A stretch of 62,304 nucleotides of DNA, the filler included. It is 3 parts of 3 records of this genome, joined end to end, with 100 filler letters (N's around TTAATTAATTAA, not from the genome) between each part and the next. Parts side by side here need not be neighbours in the genome. Positions count along the whole stretch, not along the records: positions 1 to 24,890 come from DRR723986_7186; positions 24,991 to 55,694 come from DRR723986_7196; 1 more part is not named here. One strand, 5' to 3'. Both the position numbers and the translations under genes were made by a program. The notes beneath the pieces are model-generated. The model did no database searches, was not told the origin of the DNA, and saw only the letters and a program-made list of their open reading frames with translations. Shown here in pieces: positions 17,529-28,112 of the stretch. Every line of letters begins with the position of its first letter. Positions within the stretch are counted from its first letter, which is position 1.

Positions 17529-20314
17529 TGGCCCAACCGATCCAGCAAAGCGGGCACATGCACCTGATCGGATTTGTAATTGCCCGTCAGCACATGCATC
17601 ACCAGGTTTACCCCAAAGCGCAGCGCCATTTCGCGCTGCCGTTCACCAGAAAAGCCGCGCCCCACCGGGTATAGCGGGTTGCCCCGGTCATCGGTGGCCC
17701 AGGCCGCGGCCCAATCATTGCCGCCAATCACCACGGGGCTGACACCATCGTTGAGGTTGCGAAACGGCATGCCCTCGGCGCGTTCGGCATCGGCGGGGGC
17801 GGCCTCGACCCACAGCTCGCGGCCCTGATGGCGGCCGGGGAAATCTTGCAGCAGGTAAAAGGCGCGGGTCAGCACATGATCGCTTGGCAGCGGCTCGAGC
17901 GGGGGAATATCAAGGGGCGCCGCCAATTGGCGCAGCTTGCGCCCATTGGGGCTGGCCGCGCCAAAGCCCGCCACATCGGCATCGCGGGTATCAAACAAGA
18001 TCATGCCACCGCTGCGCAAATAGCGGTTCAGCTTTACATAGGCCTCGGCACTGGGGGCGGGCTGTTGCGGGGTGATCGGCCAATAAAGCAGCGGGAAAAG
18101 CGAGATGTCATCGCGTTCCAGATCAACCCCCATGGGCGCTGCCGGCTCGACCGAGGTGCGGAAAAACAGCGTATCGCTTAGGCCCAACATGCCAGCTGCG
18201 GCCATCTGATCAAGGGCGGCATCCCCCGTCAGCACATGGCCCAGCGTCAGCTCGGATGTGGCGGCCAGCGCAAAGCGATCATCGCTGGGCGTGGGCTGCG
18301 TTTGCGCCCAAACGCCCGGCACCGGCCCCGATAGCACCAGCCCCAGCAGCAAAAACGCACCCAAGCGCAGGCCGCGCCCGGCAAAGCGGCCCGCCAGCCG
18401 CCCCGACACAGCCAGCGTGGCCAAAACATCAACCGCCAGCAGCACCAGCCCCAGCGCCAGCAACCACCCGCCCAAGGGCCGCTCGGGCGGGCGGGCAAAG
18501 CCGCTGACCGGCACCGATGCGGGCCAAGCGGCCGGCGTCAAAACCGTGTCAGGCGTAATCACATTTCGGGCCAGGCGCCGGTCTTCGCTGGCATAAAGCC
18601 CGGGGCGCAGATTGGGGCCAAGCGGTGCTTGAAGCACATCGGCCCCCGCAACGCCTGCCAAATTCTGCGCCTCTTGCAAGCGGCCAAACCCATCGAGCAC
18701 TTGGCGCGGTTGCCACACCACCCCATCGGCCTGCGTGCCCATATTGGCCTGGGTTGCCGCGCTGACCGACAGCCGTTCCAGCATTTGCACAAACAGCCCC
18801 GACAGTGGCAGGCTGGACCATTCGGCATTGGCGGTGACATGCATCAGCACCACCTGCCCCTGGCCGATGCGCTTGCGCGTCACCAGCGGTGTGCCGTCAG
18901 ACAGCTGGGCAATCACCCGTTCTGCCAGCTCGGGGCCGGGTTGGGACATAACCTGGGCGCTGACGGCCACATCGGGCGGAATGGGCAGCCCGTGAAAGGG
19001 GCTTTCTTCGTCAAAGGGGGCCAGGGTTTTGGGCGCGCCCCAGCTCATGGCGCCGCCCACGGTGCGCCCGCCTGCACGCAGGCGCACGGGCAACAGCGGG
19101 TCCATATCCGTGCGCCCCAGATCCGAGGCCGCCATACGCGGCCCGGCAAAACGCAGCAGCAGCCCGCCTTGCTGCACCCAATCCAGCAGGTCGGCCTGCT
19201 CGGCGCCAGACAAGTTGGCCACATCGGCCAGCACCACAACATCGGGGTTGGCGGGCAACAGATCGGGCAAGGCGCCTTCAAGCACATCGGCACTGGGCAT
19301 CAAGGCTTGGCGCAGGTAGTGCAGCGGGTCTAGCAACTGCAGGCCCTCGCGGTCTTCGCGCCCGGCCACCAGGGCCACTTCGCGGCGCTGCAGGCTGTCA
19401 TCGGCCAGCGCCACCGCGCCAGCACCGCGCTGGCCTGCTATTTCAAACCGGGTCAGGCGGGCGCGCAATTCTGCCGGCAAAGACAGCGCCGCACCGGCCT
19501 GCGTTTCGCCCGCCTCAAAGGCCACGGCCAGGCGGGCCAGCTCTATCGGCAAGCCCGCCGGATCTAGCCCATGGGCCAGCACTGTTGCGGTCTCGGCAGG
19601 CCCCGGCGCAAGGCGTTGCAGCTGCAGCTGCAACGCCGCGTCATCATAGCGGGCAGGCAGCAGAACCTGCAGGTTATTTTCGCCCTGCACCACGCGCAGC
19701 GTGCCGCGCGCAGCCAGCCTTGCCACCAACGCCTCGCGGCCGGGATAGTCGATGCCATCGGCCAACCAAACGGTATCGAAACGGGCATCGCCCAGGGTTT
19801 CGGCCCATGCCTGCAACGCCCTGTCATCAGGCGCCCAAGACTGCGGCGCCAAGGCAGGCAATTGGTTTTGCCACGCGGCTGCGGGCTGGAAAACCGGCGG
19901 CTCGGGCGTGGTGAGGCGGGCCACCGCCACGGGGCGGCCATCGCGCGCAGCCTGCGCCAATGCCTGATCCAAAAATTCCGCCCGCTGCGGCCAGTCGGGT
20001 GCGCCCGCCCATGTGCCATCAAGCAAAAACAGCACAGGCCCACGCCCCGCTTGACGGTTGGGGTCGGGGTTTAACACCGGGCCGGAAAGCCCAACGATCA
20101 AAGCCGCAACCGCCAGCATTCGCAGCATCAACAACCACCAAGGGGTGCGGTCTGTGACCGTGTCATCATCGCTTAACCCCAGCAATAGCGCCACGCCGGG
20201 AAACCGGCGGCGCAGCGGCGCGGGCGGGATTGCGCGCAAAATCAGCCACAGCACCGGCAGCGCCAAAAGCGACAGCAACAGCCAAGGTGCGGCAAAGCCC
20301 AAGGCGCCCAGCAT
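17525..20314 (-). CDS. BatA N-terminal / DUF4159 domain membrane protein
   Basis: MLGALGFAAPWLLL..RTPWWLLMLR (BatA double TM); C-terminal HVLTRAFYLL..GNDWAAAWA..RFGVNLVMHVLTGNYKSDQVH (DUF4159). Confidence 0.8.
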   Translation of the reverse strand: MLGALGFAAPWLLLSLLALPVLWLILRAIPPAPLRRRFPGVALLLGLSDDDTVTDRTPWWLLMLRMLAVAALIVGLSGPVLNPDPNRQAGRGPVLFLLDGTWAGAPDWPQRAEFLDQALAQAARDGRPVAVARLTTPEPPVFQPAAAWQNQLPALAPQSWAPDDRALQAWAETLGDARFDTVWLADGIDYPGREALVARLAARGTLRVVQGENNLQVLLPARYDDAALQLQLQRLAPGPAETATVLAHGLDPAGLPIELARLAVAFEAGETQAGAALSLPAELRARLTRFEIAGQRGAGAVALADDSLQRREVALVAGREDREGLQLLDPLHYLRQALMPSADVLEGALPDLLPANPDVVVLADVANLSGAEQADLLDWVQQGGLLLRFAGPRMAASDLGRTDMDPLLPVRLRAGGRTVGGAMSWGAPKTLAPFDEESPFHGLPIPPDVAVSAQVMSQPGPELAERVIAQLSDGTPLVTRKRIGQGQVVLMHVTANAEWSSLPLSGLFVQMLERLSVSAATQANMGTQADGVVWQPRQVLDGFGRLQEAQNLAGVAGADVLQAPLGPNLRPGLYASEDRRLARNVITPDTVLTPAAWPASVPVSGFARPPERPLGGWLLALGLVLLAVDVLATLAVSGRLAGRFAGRGLRLGAFLLLGLVLSGPVPGVWAQTQPTPSDDRFALAATSELTLGHVLTGDAALDQMAAAGMLGLSDTLFFRTSVEPAAPMGVDLERDDISLFPLLYWPITPQQPAPSAEAYVKLNRYLRSGGMILFDTRDADVAGFGAASPNGRKLRQLAAPLDIPPLEPLPSDHVLTRAFYLLQDFPGRHQGRELWVEAAPADAERAEGMPFRNLNDGVSPVVIGGNDWAAAWATDDRGNPLYPVGRGFSGERQREMALRFGVNLVMHVLTGNYKSDQVHVPALLDRLGQ

Positions 20315-21192
20315 CAGCGCCCCCCTGCCTGCGACAGGCCATGCCAGGCCCACAGCAACGCCGTTTGCGCGGGGCTGTTGGTGTGGTGGCACAAAAACTG
20401 CCAGCCCGTGGCAGTGCACAGGCCTTGCAAAGCCGCCTTGCGCGCTGCGAGGCGCTGCAAATAGCGCGCGCGCAGATCCGAGGCCTTGAGCGTTTCATGC
20501 TGCAGGCTGCCGCCCATGCTTTCAAACACGGTGCGCCCGGCAAAGGGAAACGCCTCTTCGCTGGGGTCGAGCACCTGTATCACCAGCCCCCGCACGCCGC
20601 GATCTGCGGCTTTGGTCAATGCCGCCTGCACCGGGGCCATATCGCCCAGAAAATCCGAGATAAACACCGCCCGCGCGTGGGGCAGCATGGCCCGCGCCTC
20701 GGGAATGCCGTAATCGGCGCTATCGTCATCCAAAAACAGGCTTGCCATATTTTGCAGCTGCGCCTCGCCCCGGCGCGGCGGCAGGGCCGTGCCCGTCAGG
20801 CCCACGCGTTCGCCACCGCGCACCAACAGCACCGCCAGGGCCAGCCCCAGCAGCCGCGCGCGTTCGGCCTTTTGGGGCAGATCGCTGGCCGAGGCAAACC
20901 GCATCGAGGCCGATCGATCCACCCAAAACATCACCGATTGCGCGATTTGCCATTCGCGTTCGCGCACAAAACGCGTGTCACCGCGCGCCGATCGGCGCCA
21001 ATCGATCATGCCCACTGGATCGCCCGGCTGGGCGGCACGATATTGCCAAAAATCATCGCCCTGCCCGGCCCGCCGGCGGCCATGCTGGCCCAGCATCACT
21101 GTGCTGGCCAACTGACCTGCAAGCGCCAGCAAGGGCGGCAACAGGGCGGCCTGCTCTTCGGCCTTGGCGCGCAGGGCAAGGGGTGATGTCAC
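20314..21192 (-). CDS. DUF58 domain (VWA-like) protein
   Basis: HGRRRAGQGDDFWQYR, IDWRRSAR, VREREW, DRSASM, ISDF. Confidence 0.9.
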   Translation of the reverse strand: MTSPLALRAKAEEQAALLPPLLALAGQLASTVMLGQHGRRRAGQGDDFWQYRAAQPGDPVGMIDWRRSARGDTRFVREREWQIAQSVMFWVDRSASMRFASASDLPQKAERARLLGLALAVLLVRGGERVGLTGTALPPRRGEAQLQNMASLFLDDDSADYGIPEARAMLPHARAVFISDFLGDMAPVQAALTKAADRGVRGLVIQVLDPSEEAFPFAGRTVFESMGGSLQHETLKASDLRARYLQRLAARKAALQGLCTATGWQFLCHHTNSPAQTALLWAWHGLSQAGGR

Positions 21193-22196
21193 GCGGCCAC
21201 CTCGGTGCGGGTTGCAGCGGCAACCGTATCTGCAATCAAGCGCTGCAGGTTTTCACCGCGCGCGCGGGCGGCAAATGTCAGGGCCATACGGTGGCTGAGC
21301 ACGGGCAGGGCCATTGCTGCCACATCCGCAACCGAGGGCGCCAGCCGCCCTTGCAGCAAGGCGCGCGCGCGCACCGTCAGCATCAGCGCCTGCGCCGCAC
21401 GCGGGCCCGGGCCCCATGCCACGGCATCGCGCACGGCGGCGCTGGCCTCGGGCTGATCGGGGCGGAAAGCGCGCACAAGATCTAATATGGCCTCGACCAC
21501 ACTGTCACCCACGGGCATGCGCCGCAGCAGGTTTTGCGCCGCCATCAGCGTTTCGGGGGTGAAAACCGCATGCGCCTGGCCCTCGCCCACACCCGTGGTG
21601 GCCAGCAAAATATCACGTTCGGTCTGGCGGGTGGGATAGGGCACATCGATCTGCACCAAAAAGCGATCAAGCTGGGCCTCGGGCAGGGGGTATGTGCCCT
21701 CTTGTTCGATGGGGTTTTGGGTGGCCAAAACATGAAAAGGCATGCCCAGCGCGCGATCTTGCCCCGCCACCGTCACCTTGCGCTCTTGCATGGCTTGCAA
21801 CAGCGCAGATTGGGTGCGCGGGCTGGCCCGGTTGATTTCATCGGCCATCAGCAGTTGGCAAAAAATCGGGCCTTGCAGAAACCGAAAGGCGCGCTTGCCT
21901 TCGGCGTCGCTATCCAGCACCTCGCTGCCCAAAATATCGGCTGGCATCAGATCGGGGGTGAATTGCACCCGGTTGCCCTGCAGCCCCATCACCGTAGACA
22001 GCGTATCCACCAGCCGGGTTTTGCCAAGGCCGGGCAAGCCGATCAACAGCCCGTGCCCACCGCATAGCAGCGCCGTCAGGGTAAGATCGACAACCGTTTC
22101 CTGGCCAATGAACCGGGCGGTGATCGAGGCTTTGGCATCGGCCAGTCGCTGCTCTAGGTTTTCAATCTCGGCAACAAGATCGGGTGCATCCGACAT
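21189..22196 (-). CDS. moxR: MoxR family AAA+ ATPase
   Basis: GLPGLGKT, RVQFTPDLMPADILG, ADEINRASPRTQSALLQAMQE, ATQNPIEQEGTYPLPEAQLDRF. Confidence 0.95.
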   Translation of the reverse strand: MSDAPDLVAEIENLEQRLADAKASITARFIGQETVVDLTLTALLCGGHGLLIGLPGLGKTRLVDTLSTVMGLQGNRVQFTPDLMPADILGSEVLDSDAEGKRAFRFLQGPIFCQLLMADEINRASPRTQSALLQAMQERKVTVAGQDRALGMPFHVLATQNPIEQEGTYPLPEAQLDRFLVQIDVPYPTRQTERDILLATTGVGEGQAHAVFTPETLMAAQNLLRRMPVGDSVVEAILDLVRAFRPDQPEASAAVRDAVAWGPGPRAAQALMLTVRARALLQGRLAPSVADVAAMALPVLSHRMALTFAARARGENLQRLIADTVAAATRTEVAA

Positions 22197-22252
22197 GGCA
22201 AAATCCTTCCTCGGGCTCTATGTTGCATTTGATAATATCTCGCGGCGGTGAA

Positions 22253-22852
22253 ATGGCAAAAACAATGAGTGGACAAAACATCGTGAAGCCTTCGGCAGAT
22301 AGTATCGCAGCTTCGGCGCGTGCTGCACAAAAATCGGGCAAATCCCTGCCGCCCGTGCATTTGTGGAACCCACCCTTTTGCGGCGATCTGGATATCAGAA
22401 TTGCACGCAGTGGCATGTGGTATTACCTGGGCACGCCCATTGGCCGCCCCGAGCTGGTGCGCCTGTTTTCCACCATTTTGCGCAAAGATGGGGATGCCTA
22501 TTTTCTGGTCACACCCGTGGAAAAGGTGGGCATTACAGTCGAAGACGCCCCATTCGTGGCGGTTGATTTCGAGGTCACAGGCAGCGGTGCCGCACAGCAG
22601 CTGATCTTTTCCACCAATGTGGGCGATCAGGCCGAGGCCGGGCCAAACCACCCAATTCGTGTGGAACGCGACCCAGACACCGGCGAACCTGCGCCCTATG
22701 TTTTGATTCGCGCCAACCTAGAGGCGCTGATCGATCGCAAAAGCTTTTATCGGTTGGTAGATTTGGGCACCCATCACCAAGGCTGGTTCGGCCTGTGGTC
22801 GGGGGGGCAGTTTTTCCCCATCATCCCATCGCACGAGCTGCCCGAGGCCTAA
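22253..22852 (+). CDS. DUF1285 domain protein
   Basis: PPVHLWNPPFCGDLDIRI, RLFSTIL, LVTPVEKVGITVEDAPF; divergent from moxR. Confidence 0.88.
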   Translation: MAKTMSGQNIVKPSADSIAASARAAQKSGKSLPPVHLWNPPFCGDLDIRIARSGMWYYLGTPIGRPELVRLFSTILRKDGDAYFLVTPVEKVGITVEDAPFVAVDFEVTGSGAAQQLIFSTNVGDQAEAGPNHPIRVERDPDTGEPAPYVLIRANLEALIDRKSFYRLVDLGTHHQGWFGLWSGGQFFPIIPSHELPEA

Positions 22853-22862
22853 GGCCACCGCC

Positions 22863-23789
22863 CTAGCGTTGTGCCACGATCACGCCCAGCGCCACGATGG
22901 CGGCGCCGATCGCCTGTGGCCAGCTCCAGCCTTGGCCCAGGGCCAGAAAAATCAGCATCACGTAAAACGGTGCGACATTGATATGAAACGAGGCCAGCCC
23001 CACCCCCAGACGCGCCACAGAGATGATCCATAACAGCTGGCTCAGCGCCATGCCGCCAATGGCGTATATCGCCAGCAGCATGGGCGTATGGCCCTGCATC
23101 ACGCCTTTTGGCAGGGGCACCAGCCCCAGCATGTGAGCCGCCAGAAACAGCACGCCCGTCACCACCAGCCCGCCTGCCAGGGTGACAGTGGTGCGCCCCA
23201 AAGCCGAAAGATCGGGCAGCCCCGAAACCGAGCGATGGCTACCCCAAGCAAATAAAAAGCACGACAGCACAGCCGCACCCACGCCCCATAGCGCGCTGGC
23301 CGAAAGGCCGCCACCGCCGCTGCCCAGGCCCGAGGCGATGATGCCCCCCACAACCGAGGCCAACAGCCCAGCCCCCAGGCGCCGATTCAACCGGCGCCCT
23401 TCGGTGACAATCTCGATCAAAACCGCGGCAATCGGCACGGCGGCTGCGATGATAGATACGGTGACAGCATCGGTTGCCGCCTGCGCCACCAAAAGCAGCC
23501 ATGCGCCTAGGCCAAAGGCCAGCCCGCCAATGCGCGCGCCTTTCAGCCATGGGGCCGCCAGCACCGCGCGCCCGCCCTCGGCCGCGGCCCAAGCCACGAC
23601 CAAAACCAGAACTGACAAGCAAAACCGCGCCGCAATCAGCGCCAGCGGATCCCATGTTTTCAGCAAAACTTCGGCCGCAGGAAAGCCCGCCGCCCACACC
23701 GCCATCGAGGCCATGCAGATCAGGTTGCCAATGCTCTGGCTGTGCCGCGGGTCTAGCGGCATACCACCGGGGGATAGGGTTACGCTCAT
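22863..23789 (-). CDS. DMT/EamA family transporter (start uncertain)
   Basis: About 10 hydrophobic helices, WAAGFPA..ARF, HINVAPFYVM. Confidence 0.8.
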   Translation of the reverse strand: MSVTLSPGGMPLDPRHSQSIGNLICMASMAVWAAGFPAAEVLLKTWDPLALIAARFCLSVLVLVVAWAAAEGGRAVLAAPWLKGARIGGLAFGLGAWLLLVAQAATDAVTVSIIAAAVPIAAVLIEIVTEGRRLNRRLGAGLLASVVGGIIASGLGSGGGGLSASALWGVGAAVLSCFLFAWGSHRSVSGLPDLSALGRTTVTLAGGLVVTGVLFLAAHMLGLVPLPKGVMQGHTPMLLAIYAIGGMALSQLLWIISVARLGVGLASFHINVAPFYVMLIFLALGQGWSWPQAIGAAIVALGVIVAQR

Positions 23790-23883
23790 GGTGTTGGCCA
23801 GACCAAGTTTGCGCAGGCCGGTCTTGCCCGTTCGCGACATGGCGTCGCTGGTGGGCCAGCCCCGGCGAAAAAGTCAAATCGCC

Positions 23884-24741
23884 TCAGCTATGGCGCGGGC
23901 CGCTTAGCGAAATCAGCACACCGCCCAGCACCACGCCCGCAGCCAGCAGGGCCTTTGCTGATAGGGCCTCGCCCAACAGCGCGGCGCCCGCCAGAACCGC
24001 AATCACCGGCACGCTCAGTTGGGCGATGGCGGCGGTGCTGGCGCGCAGCTGCGGCAACACCTGATACCACAGCGCATAGCCCAGCCCCGATGTCACGGCG
24101 CCAGACAAAACAGCCAAAGCCACAGCCGCAGGCGGCAGCGTGGGCAGGCCCTGCCACAGGGCCAACATCGCGCTGCCGGCCAGCCCAACCAGTGCGGCAC
24201 CAATAAAATTGGTGGCGGTGCTGGCCAGCGGATCGGGCGCACCACGCCCCAGCAGCGAATAAAGCCCCCAGCCAAAGCCCGCCACCGCCATGGCCGCCGC
24301 ATGCGCCAGGCTGATGGCCGCGCCCGCCCCCACAGGGGCCAGCAACAAAACCAGCCCGCCAAACGCCACCGCCGCCCCCAACAGGCGCCGCGGGGTCAAC
24401 GCCTCGCCCTGCGCGATGGCTGCGATAAACATGGTCAGCTGCACGCAGCCAAACAGCACCAAGGCCCCCAGCCCCGCATCCAGCGCACCATAGGCGGCAG
24501 AAAAGCCGTAGATATACAAAAGCAGCGGCACCACGCCGCGCATGCCCGTGGCCGGGCGCGGGCCTGGCTGGTGGCGCGCCCTGAGCCGCCACAGCGCCCC
24601 CAGCACCAATGCCCCGGCCGCCAGGCGCAACGTGCCAAAGCTGGCTGCATCCATGCCGGGCTGCAACAGGCCTGCCCGGTTCAGCAGCGAATTGGCGGCA
24701 AAGGCCACCATCACAACGGCGGTTAGCAAGAATAGGCGCAT
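23884..24741 (-). CDS. DMT/EamA family transporter
   Basis: MVAFAANSLLNR, GALVLFGCVQLTM, SGLGYALWY, QLSVPVIA. Confidence 0.85.
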   Translation of the reverse strand: MRLFLLTAVVMVAFAANSLLNRAGLLQPGMDAASFGTLRLAAGALVLGALWRLRARHQPGPRPATGMRGVVPLLLYIYGFSAAYGALDAGLGALVLFGCVQLTMFIAAIAQGEALTPRRLLGAAVAFGGLVLLLAPVGAGAAISLAHAAAMAVAGFGWGLYSLLGRGAPDPLASTATNFIGAALVGLAGSAMLALWQGLPTLPPAAVALAVLSGAVTSGLGYALWYQVLPQLRASTAAIAQLSVPVIAVLAGAALLGEALSAKALLAAGVVLGGVLISLSGPRHS

Positions 24742-24806
24742 TATGGTGCTTTCGTCAGCTTGGTGCACAGTGCCTAGCGCCCTGCGCCCCCCTTTGGCAA
24801 TCGTGC

Positions 24807-24839
24807 AAAAAGAAAGGGGCCGCCCCGCAGGACAGCCCC
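24807..24839 (-). terminator. Rho-independent terminator of groEL
   Basis: Minus strand GGGGCTGTCC-TGCG-GGGCGGCCCC followed by TTTCTTTTT. Confidence 0.85.
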
Positions 24840-24863
24840 CAATTTTGCGCAATGCGCGGCTGA

Positions 24864-24890
24864 TTACATCATGCCGCCCATGCCGCCCAT
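24864..24890 (-). CDS. groEL: Last codons of chaperonin GroEL (contig edge)
   Basis: ATG GGC GGC ATG GGC GGC ATG ATG TAA = MGGMGGMM*, the characteristic GroEL tail, followed by a strong terminator. Confidence 0.8.
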   Translation of the reverse strand: MGGMGGMM

Positions 24891-24990
24891 NNNNNNNNNN
24901 NNNNNNNNNNNNNNNNNNNNNNNNNNNNNNNNNNTTAATTAATTAANNNNNNNNNNNNNNNNNNNNNNNNNNNNNNNNNNNNNNNNNNNN
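24891..24990. other. Artificial contig linker
   Basis: 44 N + TTAATTAATTAA (stops in all six frames) + 44 N; base composition and taxonomy change across it. Confidence 0.98.
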
Positions 24991-26964
24991 ATCATCGTAT
25001 TCCAGCAATTGCTTGCGAATGTCGAAGTTGCGACCCTCTACCTTGCGCTGGGCAGACTCAATTGAGCGGGACACAATGCCTGCCTCAATGGCCTCGCCTT
25101 CAGGCAATTTCAAGCGCTCCATGATTGCGCGCACGCGGTCGCCTGCAAAAATACGCAGCAACTGGTCTTCCATCGACAAGTAAAAACGCGAAGAACCCGC
25201 ATCACCCTGACGACCAGCGCGGCCACGCAGCTGGTTATCGATACGCCGGCTTTCATGGCGCTCGCAACCAATAATGTGCAACCCACCCGAGGCAAGTACA
25301 GCCTGATTGCGCAGTTTCCATTCCGCGCGTGCTTTGTCGATCAAGGCTGGCTTGGCCGTCTCGTCAAGTTCGGCATTGTTTTCAATGCCGGCCAGTTCGC
25401 GCTCCAAATTGCCACCCAAAACAATGTCGGTACCACGGCCGGCCATGTTGGTCGCAATGGTTATGGCTTTTGGTCGCCCAGCCTGGGCCACAATCTCGGC
25501 CTCGCGCTCGTGTTGCTTGGCGTTGAGCACGTTGTGGGGCAGCTTCTCCTTTTCAAGGAAACTGGCGATTAATTCGGAGTTCTCAATCGAGGTGGTACCC
25601 ACCAGCACAGGTTGACCACGCTCATAGCAGTCCTTGATGTCCTCAAGAATTGCGTTGTATTTCTCACGGGCGCTTTTGTAGATTTTGTCCTGCGCATCTT
25701 TACGCTGAATTGGTCGATGCGTTGGGATAATCACGGTCTCCAGACCATAAATGGACTGGAATTCAAAAGCTTCCGTATCAGCTGTACCGGTCATGCCAGA
25801 CAGCTTCTTGTACATCCTGAAATAATTCTGGAAGGTGATGGAGGCCAGTGTTTGATTCTCGGCCTGAATGCGAACACCTTCCTTGGCTTCCACCGCCTGG
25901 TGCAAGCCATCAGACCAACGGCGACCCGGCATCAGGCGCCCTGTGAATTCGTCCACGATAATCACTTCACCGTTTTGAACCACATAGTGCTGGTCTTTGT
26001 GAAACAGGTTATGGGCGCGCAGGGCGGCCATCACATGGTGCATCAGGGAAATATTGGCCGCATCGTACAGGCTGGCACCTTCCGGCAGCAATCCCATTTG
26101 GCTGAGGATCTGTTCGGCTTTTTCATGGCCGGCTTCGCTCATCTGGATCTGGTGGCCTTTCTCGTCCACGTAAAAGTCGCCTGGCACCTCTTCCTCGCCC
26201 GGCTTTTGTTCGCTTTGCATGCGAACCAGCTGCTTGGGCAAGCTATCCAGTTTGCGATACATCTCAGTGTGATCGTCAGCCTGACCGGAGATGATCAGGG
26301 GCGTTCGCGCCTCGTCGATCAAAATCGAATCCACCTCGTCGACAATCGCGTAGTTCAAACCACGTTGTACACGCTCACCCACGCTATACACCATGTTGTC
26401 GCGCAGGTAGTCAAAACCGAACTCATTGTTGGTGCCGTAGGTGATGTCAGACGCATACGCCGCCTGCTTCTGGTCGTGCGGCATGCGGGACAGGTTGCAA
26501 CCCACCGTCAGGCCCAGAAAGCTGTAAAGCTTGCCCATCCATGCAGCGTCGCGAGAAGCCAGATAGTCGTTCACGGTGATCACATGAACGCCTTTTCCTT
26601 CCAGTGCATTCAAATAGGCGGGCAAAGTAGCCACCAATGTTTTACCTTCACCAGTGCGCATTTCTGAAATTTTGCCTTGGTGCAAAGCCATGCCACCAAT
26701 GAGCTGAACGTCAAAGTGCCGCATGCCAAAAACCCGCACGCTGGCCTCGCGCACCACAGCAAAAGCCTCGGGCAGCAAACTGTCCAGCGAATCGCCTTTG
26801 GACAAGCGCTCCTTGAATTCGGCGGTTTTTGCACGCAGGGCTTCGTCGCTCAAGGCCTGAATGGTCGGCTCTAGCGCATTGATTTGATTGACGGTTTTAC
26901 GGTAGGTTTTCAACAACCGTTCATTGCGGCTGCCAAAAAGCTTTTTCAGAGTGTCTGTGATCAT
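24991..26964 (-). CDS. secA: Preprotein translocase ATPase SecA (3' truncated)
   Basis: [57 protein letters not shown]. Confidence 0.98.
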
Positions 26965-27064
26965 AATGTCGGCTGGTTCGACCCTTAAAGGGCCTGAAAG
27001 TCAATCGACCGGGTTTTGGGTCCGGTCGATTCCAAAAACAGCCTAGAAGTTTAGCACGCGAAGC

Positions 27065-28042
27065 TTAGTCCAGAGGGACAGCAGCGCTTTCCGAGAATAA
27101 GCCGTTTAAGGCGGCTACAGTTGAGGGACCAGGACGGGGAAGACCGTTCTTTTCCAGAAACTTGTTGGGGTTTTGTGGCACGCCGTCTACACGCACTTCG
27201 AAGTGCAAGTGAGGGCCAGTTGAGCGGCCAGTACTGCCTACCAAGGCAATTTTTTGACCCAGCCGTACAATGTCGCCGGCTTTGACCAGCAGCTTGGAGG
27301 CATGCGCATACCGCGTTGTAGTTTTGTTGTTGTGCTCAATTTCAACCATGTTGCCGTAGCCCGGGTGCCATTTGGCCTCCACCACTACACCTGCCGCGGC
27401 TGCCAAAATGGGCGTGCCTGTTGGGGCAATGAAATCGATACCCTCGTGAACCGAACGACGGCCGGTAAATGGATCAATCCGGTTACCGAAATTGCTGACT
27501 GCGATGGTGTCTGAGAGGGGGGATTCGTTGGGAACGCTGAGAAACTTGACGCGGGCGCTTTGAAGGTCGGTATCGATGATGCTGAATACATCGGCTTGTC
27601 GCTCAATTTGGCTCGCCACATCCGAGATCGCTGTTTTCACTTCCCGGTAATTCAACGACTTTTCATCTTTCTGCTGCAAACCACCTTGGCCCAGTTGTTC
27701 AGTCAGGGTGACCTTGGTATCGAGCCCATTGGATTTCAACAACCGCACACTGACGGCATCCAGGCGAGCCAGTTGCGCGCGCATCTCCGCCAGGCGAATT
27801 GCCATCGCATCCAAGGGGCTTCCAGTTTCTGCCACATCATGGTGCTTGGCCAATTGTTGGGAATAGACGATATCTTGAACGACCGGTATCTGCTCACCAT
27901 AACGCGCGGCCAAGTACAGGCCGGCTGCCAGGAAAGAGCCTGCAAACATAACCAGCAAAACAAGCAACATAGCAACGTGGCTGGTCTTTATACTGAGTAC
28001 ACTGGTGCGGGAAAAAGGACCCCGCATAAGAATTAACTGCAT
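27065..28042 (-). CDS. M23 family metallopeptidase with N-terminal TM and coiled coil
   Basis: HEGID, YGNMVEIEH, YAH, GSTGRSTGPHLHFEV. Confidence 0.92.
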   Translation of the reverse strand: MQLILMRGPFSRTSVLSIKTSHVAMLLVLLVMFAGSFLAAGLYLAARYGEQIPVVQDIVYSQQLAKHHDVAETGSPLDAMAIRLAEMRAQLARLDAVSVRLLKSNGLDTKVTLTEQLGQGGLQQKDEKSLNYREVKTAISDVASQIERQADVFSIIDTDLQSARVKFLSVPNESPLSDTIAVSNFGNRIDPFTGRRSVHEGIDFIAPTGTPILAAAAGVVVEAKWHPGYGNMVEIEHNNKTTTRYAHASKLLVKAGDIVRLGQKIALVGSTGRSTGPHLHFEVRVDGVPQNPNKFLEKNGLPRPGPSTVAALNGLFSESAAVPLD

Positions 28043-28112
28043 GTATAACCTCCTCAATCCGCGTAGCGAACCGAATTCACCCGTTTTTGACGGGTTTTAG
28101 TGAGAACACCCG

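Noticed and set aside
1..24890. phn region as a horizontally acquired island next to the dcw cluster
   Set aside because: The GC shift coincides with the artificial linker; these are different organisms
24935..24946. TTAATTAATTAA palindrome (also at 55739-55750)
   Set aside because: Synthetic six-frame stop linker inside N runs
27065..27140. RPGP near the M23 peptidase C-terminus as a SecM-like (RAGP) arrest motif upstream of secA
   Set aside because: The match is imperfect, lies 19 codons from the stop and far from the secA SD, and secA seems to have its own promoter; it would need conservation or toeprinting evidence
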